Positions 49,866-60,869 of a DNA stretch of 64,000 bases are shown here, piece by piece; the first letter of the stretch is position 1, and each line of letters begins with the position of its first letter. The stretch is from Macrostomum lignano. Its lineage: Eukaryota. The stretch lies in assembly GCA_002269645.1 (NCBI GenBank), contig NIVC01003052.1:62001-126000 (forward strand), in the 5' to 3' direction. A program made the position numbers and the translations under genes. The notes under the pieces are model-generated. The model was given only the letters and a program-made list of their open reading frames with translations. It did not search any database and was not told the DNA's origin.

Positions 49866-50203
49866 AGACAACTTAAAATAGTTCAGCTACCATCCTTATG
49901 CTAGGCTGCCTAAGCATTTAAAGGGTATCTTAACCACAGAATACCATAGGGGCCACCTTGAAGAAAAAATCTTAATGCAAAATTATTTTTGCTTTGTGCT
50001 ATTTTTCCTATAAAGCTGTGAGAAAGTAATATAGAAAAGAATCACCATAGACAATATCACTTGCATGGGCTTATGATTTTTGACTTTTGTTTTTTAATAG
50101 AGCATAGTATGAGCTTTATTTTGCCTACTATTCTAAGTAGTTAGTTAAGTTGCGGGCTTTATTTTTCAACCATTTGTCTATGGGCCTTTTATATTACTAA
50201 TTC

Positions 50204-50435
50204 CAGAACCAGAATTGGTTCGGAATTCCAAGAAAAACAGCAGTATAACTATTAAACTCTGTTAATATTTGATTGCCTTAACAGCCTCACTTTGCACGAT
50301 TTTTCACTTTCTTCTTGGCGATTGTCATTCAATAATAAAAACTTTATAGCACGTATCTCCTTCTAGTTATGGAGACAAAAAGTTATACTTTACAAATTGG
50401 TTCTGGTTCTAGAACCAGAACAAGCAATATGAAAA
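50204..50435. repeat. ~230-bp dispersed repeat, copy 1 (copy 2 at ~51867-52096)
   Basis: Direct alignment by eye; both end in perfect palindrome TTCTGGTTCTAGAACCAGAA. Confidence 0.85.
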
Positions 50436-51866
50436 GGCCCTATGATTGCATTATATGAAATAAAGCACACTATTTTTGGGCACTATTTACTTAGTACCCT
50501 CAAGCCTTTAGCTCTCAAGTCATAAAAATTAAAAAAATAGTGTTCAGAAGAGCAGGCTTTAGGCCCCTTTTTTCTATGTAATCATACATTGTAGATCAAC
50601 AAATATTCTTTTACTCTGTGGCATAAAGCAATGTAATGTTATCATGACAAAATCTCAAGCTAGTGCATAGCTTATGGCTGCAATTCCTATGCTTAAAAGT
50701 GCCTACATTTGATGCAATTTCATGCATTTCTTTCTGGAAATAGTGCAAGGTATATAGTTTAGAAAACACATAGTTGAGTTGACTCCTATCTTGTGGTATG
50801 AGTTTTCTTATTTGATTTTAGAATTGCTTTAGTGTTCAAACTCTTGCATCTTTTAGGTGCAAAGACTGGGCTTGCTAATTGTTTCAAGCTGACCTTCTTG
50901 GAAAAGCAAATGATTTTGGGAAAAGTTTGGGGAAAGATAATTGCTGTCAAATCTAAGAATTCAATATTGGAAGCTGCATTTTGTTGCAGCTGCTTTTCAT
51001 CAAAATGCTTTTGTAGTTTCCTGAAAAAAACTGGATCCAACTACCTACTTATGCTGTCATTCAAGATCTAAGCGGACTAGGCCTACTTTTTAATTCCAAG
51101 AGGCTTAGACCCATCTAAAATGCGTGATTCCATTAAATTTGCCACTGGGATACTTCATTACAATCCTCAATGCCACTAGGCCTACTAACTTCCTCAAAGC
51201 ACTGCAAAAGTATATTATATTCTTTCCATTTATGACCCTTTTATTGTTCTTAAGTTAAATTGTTAATAGTTTTTTGCTTATATGGCATTGATTACTGGTT
51301 GAGTGTTTGTTAACCACTATAAGATCCTACTTATACATGCGCAACCCCCCTGATTTACACTGGCCATGCGACTTACTTTTTGACCAAAAATGCGACTTAC
51401 CTGTGAAAACCCTTTAAATGCAATTTTGGGTAAACCGCAGGAGTAACTATAACTGTCCTATAAGGGCTAAATGTCTCGTCATCTAATTAGTACTACATCT
51501 GAATTCTTTAGGCTGGGAATTTTTGCGGCTTACCCTTGGTCCACCACAATTTACGGTGGCCAGAACGGCCAGGTCGGCCAGCAGTTGCGCATGTAAGATC
51601 CTACCACTTAAGTTTTATAACAATCGGATAATTTAAATTATATTGACTGCTCTAGGAGCTCGCACAAGTAGTAAACTGCTACTTTAATGTTATCAATTAG
51701 TTACAACAACTTATAAATCTTTATAAATCATAGGAAGAGTAGGCCTAGCATCTAGTGTTTCATATAGTAATTATTAAGCAGTAGTTAGTGCGTGATTAAA
51801 ATTGCAGAATTTAAAATAGATGTCAGATTTTTTTCAATCCTGAGCCTCTTCACGGCATCGATTCTC

Positions 51867-52096
51867 GAACCAGAATCGGTTCGGATTTCCAAGAAAAAAA
51901 GCAGTATAACTATTTAACTTTGTTGAATGTTTGACTGCCTTAATAGCCTCACTTTGCACGATTTCTCACTTTCTTCTTGGCTATTGCCATTCAATAATCA
52001 CAATTTTAAAGCACTAATATCCCTCTAGTTTAGGAGACAAAAAGTTATACTTTACAAATTGGTTCTGGTTCTAGAACCAGAACAAGCAATATGAAG
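51867..52096. repeat. ~230-bp dispersed repeat, copy 2
   Basis: Direct repeat of 50204-50435. Confidence 0.85.
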
Positions 52097-52631
52097 AGCC
52101 TCCTTATCTTCTTGCTTGCTTGCTTGCTAGTCGTAGTGTACTTGCTACGCCTACTCTTAAAAGATTGTTGCTCTTAAAAGCTCATCGTCATTATAGTTAT
52201 GTTAGTGAATTGGTCCGTTTATAATAATATTAGTATGCATGTGATTATCATTTCAAAAATATTAGACACAGATTTTTATACAGTTCATACATGTTTAGGC
52301 CTAATACTTTAAGGCTGATTTTAATTTAGGCCTAAGGCCTAAGCCTAATCTATATATAATCTAGACTTTAGACACAGCACAAGTGAAGTGAATAGTGATA
52401 TTAATGACTGATATGCAGGGTGGCCCATGTAATATGCCTAATTTAAAATGTTAATAACTTGGTTAATGGTTGTTTCATCTGCTGCCAGTTTGTCTGCCAC
52501 TCTTTCATTTGCAAAAATATGATGCAGTTGTTTAACCTGCTAAGAAAATATTAAATTTGATATCAGTATTCATGTGTATATAATACTGAAAGGAAATATC
52601 TAAACTAAAATAGGCCTATTATTATTTGAAA

Positions 52632-54022
52632 GGCTACAGGTCAAAAGGGCAACAGATCAAAAGGGTGACAGTCAAAAGGGCGACAGTTATAGTGCATTTA
52701 TATTGAAAATACAAGTTCCACGTACTTTAAAAGTATTTGTTAAAAGCAGTAAACATGTATCATACTTGTATTTGTTAAAATGCATTGTTAAAATTGTACG
52801 CGCAGTTAAAATGGGGTTGTATAAAAGCTGGACATGTATTGAACATATTATTAAATGTTAAAATGTGGTTCAGTGAGGTCCATTTATTTCACTACCCGCC
52901 TTCAGTAGATCATCCGCCGAGCAGTTGCCACGCTTGAATTCTCTCTAGTATTTGAAGTACTGGGCCTGCATACTTCGGTATCTGTTGCACTGTACGCGGC
53001 GCATTACTCCTTGGGAGAGGAGCTGCACCTCTATGGGGATCATTCGCGCTTCATTGAATAGGAGCTTGATGAGCAGGTAGAATTGGATGTTTTTTCGCTG
53101 GGCTCTGTAGTTTAGAGCGCGATGCCAGCTCTCTAAGTCATTGTTGGTCCTAACTGCCTGTTGAAGTAAAGAAAAATATTTTTTTTCTGGCTGCCTAGTA
53201 GTAGCAGATTTAAAGGGGGGCGCACAGGGTGCGCGCACCCTGTCGAGTTTGATTTTTTCTTATTTTCTATGGAAAGTACACATTTTCAAGTACATATACA
53301 TGTACACCATGATATGCATAAACATGCACCTTAATTAGTACTCTGCATCCATGTGCACTTTTACTCCTACATGTGCACTTTATTTGTACATGTACTTTTT
53401 ATATGCATTGTACTGTCTTTTCCAAGTTCTCTCCAAGATTGCAATGATATTTTCCGGGTATATAACAGATTTTTTTCATAACTTCACCTGTCTGTATATA
53501 GAGATGTCATGGACATTCCAGATGGAGCTGGTGATCCACCTCACTTGGACATAGTCGCACAGGGCAGACAGGAGAGATGTTAGAGTAGTCTCGACACAGA
53601 GATGGTAAAATGTCATCGCAATATGCTGAGGTGGCAGGAAAGGGAGCGCCATCAGCTTTTGGCAGAATCACTGAGTTCCATCATTGTCACAGTATGCTGG
53701 CTGCTTAAATTCAGGCGTGGCAACCACACTCAGCACTTATATGGTATAGTGATTTCAGTGAATGAAATAAATAAACCCCACTGATCTATGTTTCAATGTA
53801 CAATGTATGAGCGTACATTAAATATTAGAACCCCATTCTAACATACAAGTACAAATTGTCAGCACAAAAATTGTTATTGCTAAGATTCTAAGATTTTCTA
53901 AGAAACGAGGTTTCCCGTCCTTCCACTTAAGTAGTTCTTGGTCTAATATCCTGTCGCCCTTTTGACTGTCGCCCTTTTAATTGTCGCCCTTTTTATCTGT
54001 CGCCTTTTTGATCAGTTGCTAT
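52632..54022 (-). mobile_element. Decayed MULE (Mutator-like) element with spliced transposase remnant
   Basis: Inverted subterminal AAAAGGGCGACAG arrays at both ends; FCQKLMALPFLP...CDYVQVRWITSSIWNVHDISIYRQ|AVRTNNDLESWHRALN joined across a GT-AG intron 53487-53158; in-frame stops. Confidence 0.8.
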
Positions 54023-55046
54023 CTAAAAGACCCAACCAAATGTTGATGGTTGACTTGAGTCACTTGACCAATATATATATATTAACTTTTTAAATACTAA
54101 CTTTTAAGGTTATTTTGCAATAGTTTAGCAAATGTGTTATTATCATTGAATAGCAGTGAGGCCAGTGATCATAACAATGCTCCATACGTATACAACAGTT
54201 AGCTGATCTGGCCAATTGATTTAGTGGCCAACTAAGATAAGTTGCAAAAATGCCTACCCAAATAAATACCTAAGTAGTAAGTAAATAACCAGGCATTTTA
54301 CCTTAATAAGACAGTCATAGTTATTCCTGCCGTTTACCCAAAGTTGCATTAATTTTGCTTTAGGGTTTCTTTTATATGTAAGTTGCATTTTTGGCCAAAA
54401 ACTGTCACATTTTTTGTAAAAAATAAGTTGCATGGCTGACTGAATTTTGGAGGTTGCGTATGTGTGCAATGCTCATAACAGCCAGCTAATCACAATCATT
54501 AAACTATAAACTAGGAGCCTAGCCTACTCTGTCTTCTGATTTACTAACTATAAAAAAGTAAGTTGTAGGCATTAGCATGCGCTGCATTCACTATGCCATA
54601 CTATGCTTTGTATGTGTGAGTATAAGTGCTAAGGTGCTGCTGGCATGTGTAAATTTTGCAAATATAATGAATGCTATGCTTGTGGCAATGTTAAATTAAG
54701 ATTTTGTCAACATTGGTTTGCAGAATGGCAGTTGCAAAAATGACAAGTTATTAACATTTTACTTTAAAATCAGGGGTGTTACGTAGGCCACCCTATAATA
54801 TAGGCTTCTTAGGCCTAGCCTTTAGACAATAGGCCTAGTGGTGCGGCACATGGCAATGCATAGCTTAGAATTCAAGAATTGAACTAGAATTCATGTGCCA
54901 GTTTGTAATTAGAATAGAAAAATAGTTGTTAGCATGCAAAATTCATAATGCAGGATTTAACTAGGCCTATAGGCCCTAATTATAACTCATAAGAAACCTT
55001 ATTTATTTATATTTATTGCAAGTTATAACACCTTAAACCTCTAGAC

Positions 55047-55625
55047 CAAGGGTTGACAAACTCTGGCCTACAGGCCACATGCAGCCTATAGGCTATAAAG
55101 CCTTTCTATCTAGTTCTTGTGTGCTTTGAAACTTCACAATAGTAATCTTGCCCACTTAAGGTTAGTGTCTCTTCTAATTTCTCTCCCATCTCTTTCCTCT
55201 CATCTCTTTTCTCTTCTTTTCTCTCTTTTCCCTTCTTTCTTCTTTCCTTTCTTCTTTTCTCTTCTCACCTCTAATTTCTTCTTTTCTCTCACCTCCTCTT
55301 TTCTATCATCTTTTTATTCCTCTCATCTCTTTTTTCCTCCATGTCTTTTCTCCTGCCATCTATTTCTTTTCTTCTTTTTTTCTTCTTCTCTCCTTTCTTT
55401 TTTCTTGCCATCTATTTCTTTTCTTCTCTCCTCTTGTATTATCTCTTCTGACTTCTCTCTTTTATTTTCTATTTTATATATCTTCTCTCATCTCACTTTT
55501 CATCATCTTTCTTTTTTGTCATATCTCATTTTCTATTGAAATTACCCTTCCCATCTCTTTTTCACTCTCATCTGGCCTACAGCAATGATCAAGTTTTTTA
55601 TCTGGCTCAAGTTTTTTGACCCCTG
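55047..55625. mobile_element. hAT (Charlie-like) MITE with 8-bp TSD CTCTAGAC and internal CT-rich tract
   Basis: TSD at 55039-55046 and 55626-55633; termini CAAGGGTTGACAAA / TTTTTGACCCCTG. Confidence 0.88.
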
Positions 55626-56980
55626 CTCTAGACTATAGACTGGCACAAAAAGGGAGTTTTTAGCTTGATTTAGATCTTGGCTGCAAAAAGGCATGGATAG
55701 GCCTAACAGAGTGACCAAATTTTAACAACATTTTATCATGTTATAATTTTGCAAACTTAATATTCATTTAAGCCTATGTGCCCAATATAGGTATTAGATA
55801 CTAATCATTTTGGCAACAAATTTTTAGATAAATGTGTTTTTTGGCTGCAATAATTGCCTTAAATCAGCTTGATATTGGGGACAAAATGTTTACTATAGGG
55901 ACATTTTGGCAAGAAGCCTATTTTTACAATATAAATTATTATAAGTATATAATTTTTGACAAAAAAATTTGATTTTTTTCAAAGGTAAAATAATTTAGAA
56001 ACCGAGCCATAAAGGCTGAATCCAAAAATGATATAGAAGTAACATATTATAATTTTTAATACACTATATCTCTATGGTTCTTTAGTTTTTTAAAGAAGCA
56101 AACATACCCAGAAAGAAATGTGCAAAGTTTTATATACAAGAAAATTATAACAAGAAAATTTTTAAGAAAATTATAAAATTATAAAAAAAAAATATTTTTT
56201 TATTTTGAAGATGTTGGTAGATAGACAGATTGTGTCAATAAGTAGACAGAAGGCATCAGTAAGTAGACAAGATTCATGGGTAAGTAGATAGATATCAGTA
56301 AGTAGACAAGAAGTATCAGTGAAAGGATAGGAAGTGCCAATGAGTGGACATTGATTGGATAGATATCAGTGGACTACTGATATTTCCGTAGACACATTGT
56401 AGTTGACAATATTAAAAGTTGATTTTGATTTAGATATATATAAAATTGTTTATGCATTGAAAAAAGCTAAATAGCACATCAAAGAGTGTAAAAATAATTA
56501 AATGCTATATAGTGTATTTTCAAAGCTTAAATTTTATATGTAGGCCTATAAACAAATGCAACAGGATAAAAATTTGTTGAAATAAAAGGCTTCTTTTTGA
56601 CTATATAGAGCTTGCATAAATGCATGCAAAATAGGTATTCATGTATGATTCTATTCTTAATTTGATTGGCTTAAAAATATTAGGAAAGTAAAAAATGATA
56701 AATGTGAATTTGTATAGAGTATAGTTCATACGTTAATGCTTTGAATAGAAAATGTGCTGCAACAATATTTTCACTGTGGAATGAATGTCACATGCATGGG
56801 CTAGCCAAGTGCAATGTGTTTTAGTTGATTTTGAAAATTTTGACTGATGTCACCTGGCATTGTGGTTTTCAGTTTAGCATCCTGCATTCGAACACAGATA
56901 TGCCCAAATTTGCTTAATCAACTAATCTAAGCAATTTAATGCAAGAATATCAATACAGATTGTGTGTTTAAATCTGATTC

Positions 56981-57628
56981 ATGACCAAGCTACTACTATT
57001 AGTAGATTGTCAGACAGCCTTTCTGGCTAATTGGCCAGCCACTGAGGCTGCGCCAATTCTCGCCGCCTACGAACGGGCAAGTCAGCTGGTTGGCAGCCCG
57101 GGCCTGCCTCCCGATCGTGTACTTTTAGTGTACACCCTGTTCGACCTGCGGCATCACGGCGCCGGGCCCAGCCGGCCATCTGATCTTTATCCAGGCTTGG
57201 CTAGGCTACTCGAAACCAGGCAGCTGACAGCTCTGCCTAAATCTGGCACCAATCTATGCGCTTCGGTTGTTGTCATGCAGTATCTGTGGCGGCTGATTCG
57301 CGAATATCGCCTAGATACAATTTACATTGGCGGCGGACCATTGACGTCTAGTATTAGGCATTCGGTTTGTAGATTACGAGAACGATTGCCCGCTAATATT
57401 CGCTTGGCTCTAGTTAGGTCTTTGTGCGCGTCTCGATTGTCCAATGGTAGGCCAATGTGCTCAGCCTGTCTGGGCCTGTACATGGAGTCTGGCGAGCCGA
57501 GGCACTGTCCCAGCTGCGGATTGGACTCTCGGTGTCAGTCAGCCGATCAGCAGGCTATGGAAGCTGTGCAGGCTGCTGGGGTGCACGTTGTTGAGTCACT
57601 GTCCGCTTGGGAACTGCTTGTTGACTGA
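56981..57628 (+). CDS. Isochorismatase/cysteine-hydrolase-fold protein with inserted CxxC-x12-CxxC motif, intronless
   Basis: 215-aa GC-rich ORF; LLLVDCQTAF (catalytic Asp strand), PKSG (Lys), IYIGGGPLTSSI (nucleophile loop), LALVRSLCAS. Confidence 0.7.
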   Translation: MTKLLLLVDCQTAFLANWPATEAAPILAAYERASQLVGSPGLPPDRVLLVYTLFDLRHHGAGPSRPSDLYPGLARLLETRQLTALPKSGTNLCASVVVMQYLWRLIREYRLDTIYIGGGPLTSSIRHSVCRLRERLPANIRLALVRSLCASRLSNGRPMCSACLGLYMESGEPRHCPSCGLDSRCQSADQQAMEAVQAAGVHVVESLSAWELLVD

Positions 57629-57719
57629 ATTGATTGATTGTTCTATTCTCCCGACGCTATGCACCTTCTGGGTGTTTGTATTTTTGTATGATAAAATATC
57701 TTTTCTAACGCTAATCTAT

Positions 57720-57990
57720 CCATCTCTCCCTCTCCCTCTCTCATCTCCCCTCCTCCCCCCTCTCCCTCTCCCCCTCTCCGTCCCCCCTCTTGTCTCCCCT
57801 CTTCCTCTCCCCTATTCCTCTCCCCCTATTCCTCTCCCCCTATTCCTCTCCCCCTCTTCCTCTCCCCCTCTCCCTCTTCAGTCTCCCCCCTCTCTCTGTA
57901 CCATCTCCATCTCTCTTCCTACCCCCTTCTCCTTTTCTCACCCTTTCTTCCACTCCTCTCTTTCGCCCTCTTTTTTGAATTCATCCTCTC
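57720..57990. repeat. CT-rich polypyrimidine tract
   Basis: Direct. Confidence 0.9.
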
Positions 57991-58532
57991 TACATGAGGT
58001 TTAAAGTTATTGTTTTACTTTGGCTCATCTGTTTTGTACATTCGTATTTAAGTACTTGTTTGTATTTTTTTGCATCTTTAACAATACCGTAATAATATCC
58101 TAGTATGAGCAGGCTTCGAATCCCATTTTTAATTAATTATTACAATTTGAATATCAGTGTTGATTTATTGCTTAATAATATGTTTTTACTTCCGTTCGTT
58201 AATTCTAACGGTTTGAGTTGGCAAGTGTCTGGTGGGCTTCTTTAATTTTTACAAAGCTTGTATTATTGTTTATTATAATTGCATTTTTACAGTTTTACTT
58301 TTTAGCTTACCCGTGTCATTTATTCTTTTTTAACTGAATGTTCTGCTTCAGCCTTGAAGTATTTTGAATTTTACATACCTCCGAGCATGACCTATTCAAT
58401 TAACGTTTTTATGCGGACCAAGTTTTAATCATTATGATTTGCCTACGTAATGAATTGCAAATAAAACTGTATAAGTTATACATATTTTCATTAATAACGC
58501 AGGAAAACTTTTTTCTTTTATATTTTTACAGT

Positions 58533-58835
58533 TTGTTTGCAGATTGTCACAGTTTGATTGCAGATTGTCACATATTGATTGCAGATTGTCACTGTTTGAT
58601 TGCAGATTGTCACAATTTGATTGCAGATTGTCACAGTTTGATTGGAGATTGTCGCACTTTGATTGCAGATTGTCGCAGTTTGATTGCAGATTGTCACAGT
58701 TTGATTGCAGATTGTCACACTTTGATTGCAGATTGTCACATCTTGATTGCAGATTGTCGCAGTTTGATTGCAGATTGTCACAGTTTGATTGCAGATTGTC
58801 ACAGTTTGACTGCAGATTGTCACGCTTTGACTGCA
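58533..58835. repeat. 21-bp minisatellite TTGCAGATTGTCACAGTTTGA
   Basis: Tandem periodicity; ORFs 58434-58964 are artefacts. Confidence 0.95.
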
Positions 58836-58878
58836 GTCAGTCATTCTATTTTCAGCTCTGCCGCTAAAAAGCACGATA

Positions 58879-59151
58879 ATGCGAGTTGGCAGATTGAAAA
58901 TCACCGAATTATTGAAATTTCTGGTCGCCTGCGGAATCGGCTACACTCTGAGGGTTTTAATTGAATCTTCAAATTATAAATACTCGAGCTCGCTGGCGGG
59001 AGAGCGGCTTAATGCCGTTAATTCGATTAGCGAATCGGAGACTGTCGAGCAGACTCGAAAGCGGCTCTGTGGCGACATTCACGAGCAGCTGAAGATGCCC
59101 TACAGACCGGGTCACGAGAATGAGACCATTGAGTATCGCTTCTTCACGCTG
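58879..59151 (+). CDS. Chondroitin polymerizing factor / chondroitin synthase-like protein, exon 1
   Basis: ATG, type II signal anchor (LLKFLVACGIGYTLRVLI), ETIEYRFFT (cf. CHPF EVLGWDYFT); donor CTG|GTCAGT phase 0. Confidence 0.75.
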
Positions 59152-59206
59152 GTCAGTTTAGCTGCTGTTGCACTCATGGCTGATCCTTGCACCAGACCGC
59201 CTGCCT

Positions 59207-59533
59207 GCCAGATCCTCAGTTGCTGGGTCAGCCTCCCATAGTTTCAGTTGCTGGGCCAGCCTCCCAGATCCTCAGCTGCTGGGCCAGTCTCCCATAGTGT
59301 CAGTTGCTGGGCCAGCCTCCCATAGTTTCAGTTGCTAGGCCAGCCTCCCAGATCCTCAGTTGCTGTGCCTGCCTCCCAGATCCTCAGTTGCCGGGCCAGC
59401 CTCCTAGATCCCCAGTTGATGGGCCAGCTTCCTAGATCCCCAGTTGCTGGGCCAGCTTCCTAGATCCCCAGTTGCTGGGCCAGCTTCCTAGATCCCCAGT
59501 TGCTGGGCCAGCTTCCCAGATCCCCAGTTGCTA
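59207..59533. repeat. 27-28-bp minisatellite GATCCTCAGTTGCTGGGCCAGCCTCCCA in CHPF-like intron 1
   Basis: Reverse complement of the 35947-36985 unit. Confidence 0.93.
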
Positions 59534-59576
59534 TAGATCCTCAATAAGCGCAGTCGCAATCGCCGAAACCCCACAG

Positions 59577-60005
59577 GACACTCTGTACGATGTGCACCGC
59601 TCGGTGCCCAGAACCTCGCTGAAAAAGTACCAGTCAAATGACATCAGGCAGCTGCTGCACGAAGCCTTCCCTCTGCTCAATGCCGAGGGCGGCCACCGCT
59701 TCGACATTGACGGTCTACGCGGCGGCTACGAACGTATTGACCCGCTGCGCGGTAAAGAGTACATTATGTACTTGAATTTATCTAGGCGTAAGCGAACTGG
59801 CAAATCATCAGAGATTGCTCAGTTAAGATTGGTCAGGCCGTTCTCTAGCCTGTACGTTACCTCTAGGACTCATTATGGTGCTCGGCCAACCGCTCACGAA
59901 GCTGTGCATCTGATTCTACCCGCTCCGTTTGAGTTAGTTAGCCACTTACTGGCCTGGTTAGGAGACTTTTCTAAGCGAGTTTTTCCTAGCGCTAGAAATG
60001 TACAG
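59577..60005 (+). CDS. CHPF-like exon 2
   Basis: Acceptor ccccacag|GAC phase 0 gives FFTL|DTLYDVHRSVPRTSL; GYERIDPLRGKEYIMYL (cf. GYRRFDPARGMEYTLDL), LRLVRP; donor CAG|GTGAGT. Confidence 0.82.
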
Positions 60006-60087
60006 GTGAGTACAGGCTTTTTAATAGTACAAACTTGCCATTACATATTCGTTTTAGATTCTGCTCCATTCTTAAAAAGACTTTAGC

Positions 60088-60800
60088 TATGAAATCCACC
60101 CCTTCCTACAATTTGGAATCCGCCCCTTCCTACAATTTGGAATCCGCCCCTTCCTACAATTTGGAATCCGCCCCTTCCTACAATGGAATCCGCCCCTTCC
60201 TACAATGGAATCTGCCCCTTCATACAATGGAATCTGCCCCTTCATACAATGGAATCCGCCCCTTCATACAATGGAATCCGCCCCTTCCTACAATTTGGAA
60301 TCCGCCCCTTCCTACAATTTGGAATCCGCCCCTTCCTACAATTTGGAATCCGCCCCTTCCTACAATGGAATCCGCCCCTTCCTACAATGGAATCTGCCCC
60401 TTCATACAATGGAATCTGCCCCTTCATACAATGGAATCTGCCCCTTCATACAATGGAATCCGCCCCTTCATACAATGGAATCCGCCCCTTCCTACAATGG
60501 AATCCGCCCCTTCCTACAATTTGGAATCCGCTCCTTCCTACAATGGAATCCGCCCCCTCATACAATGGAATCCACCCCTTCATACAATGGAATCCGCCCC
60601 TTCCTACAATGGAATCCGCCCCTTCATACAATGGAATCCGCCCCTTCATACAATGGAATCCGCCCCTTCCTACAATGGAATCCGCCCCTTCCTACAATTT
60701 GGAATCCGCTCCTTCCTACAATGGAATCCGCCCCCTCATACAATGGAATCCACCCCTTCCTACAATTTGGAATCCGCCCCTTCCTACAATGGATCCGCCC
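60088..60800. repeat. 22-23-bp minisatellite TGGAATCCGCCCCTTCCTACAA in CHPF-like intron 2
   Basis: Tandem periodicity. Confidence 0.95.
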
Positions 60801-60869
60801 TTTCCTATAACGAAAATGCGCTGACGTCACTCTCATATTCAACTATGCCAACATTTCGACCCCCGCCAG

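Noticed and set aside
50786-51071. ORFs 50786-51040 and 50832-51071
   Set aside because: AT-rich with no recognisable motif; could be a TE fragment but unsupported.
59520-59537. Alternative CHPF-like acceptors at 59520/59537
   Set aside because: 59537 is out of phase; 59577 gives an ungapped match to the CHPF motif spacing.
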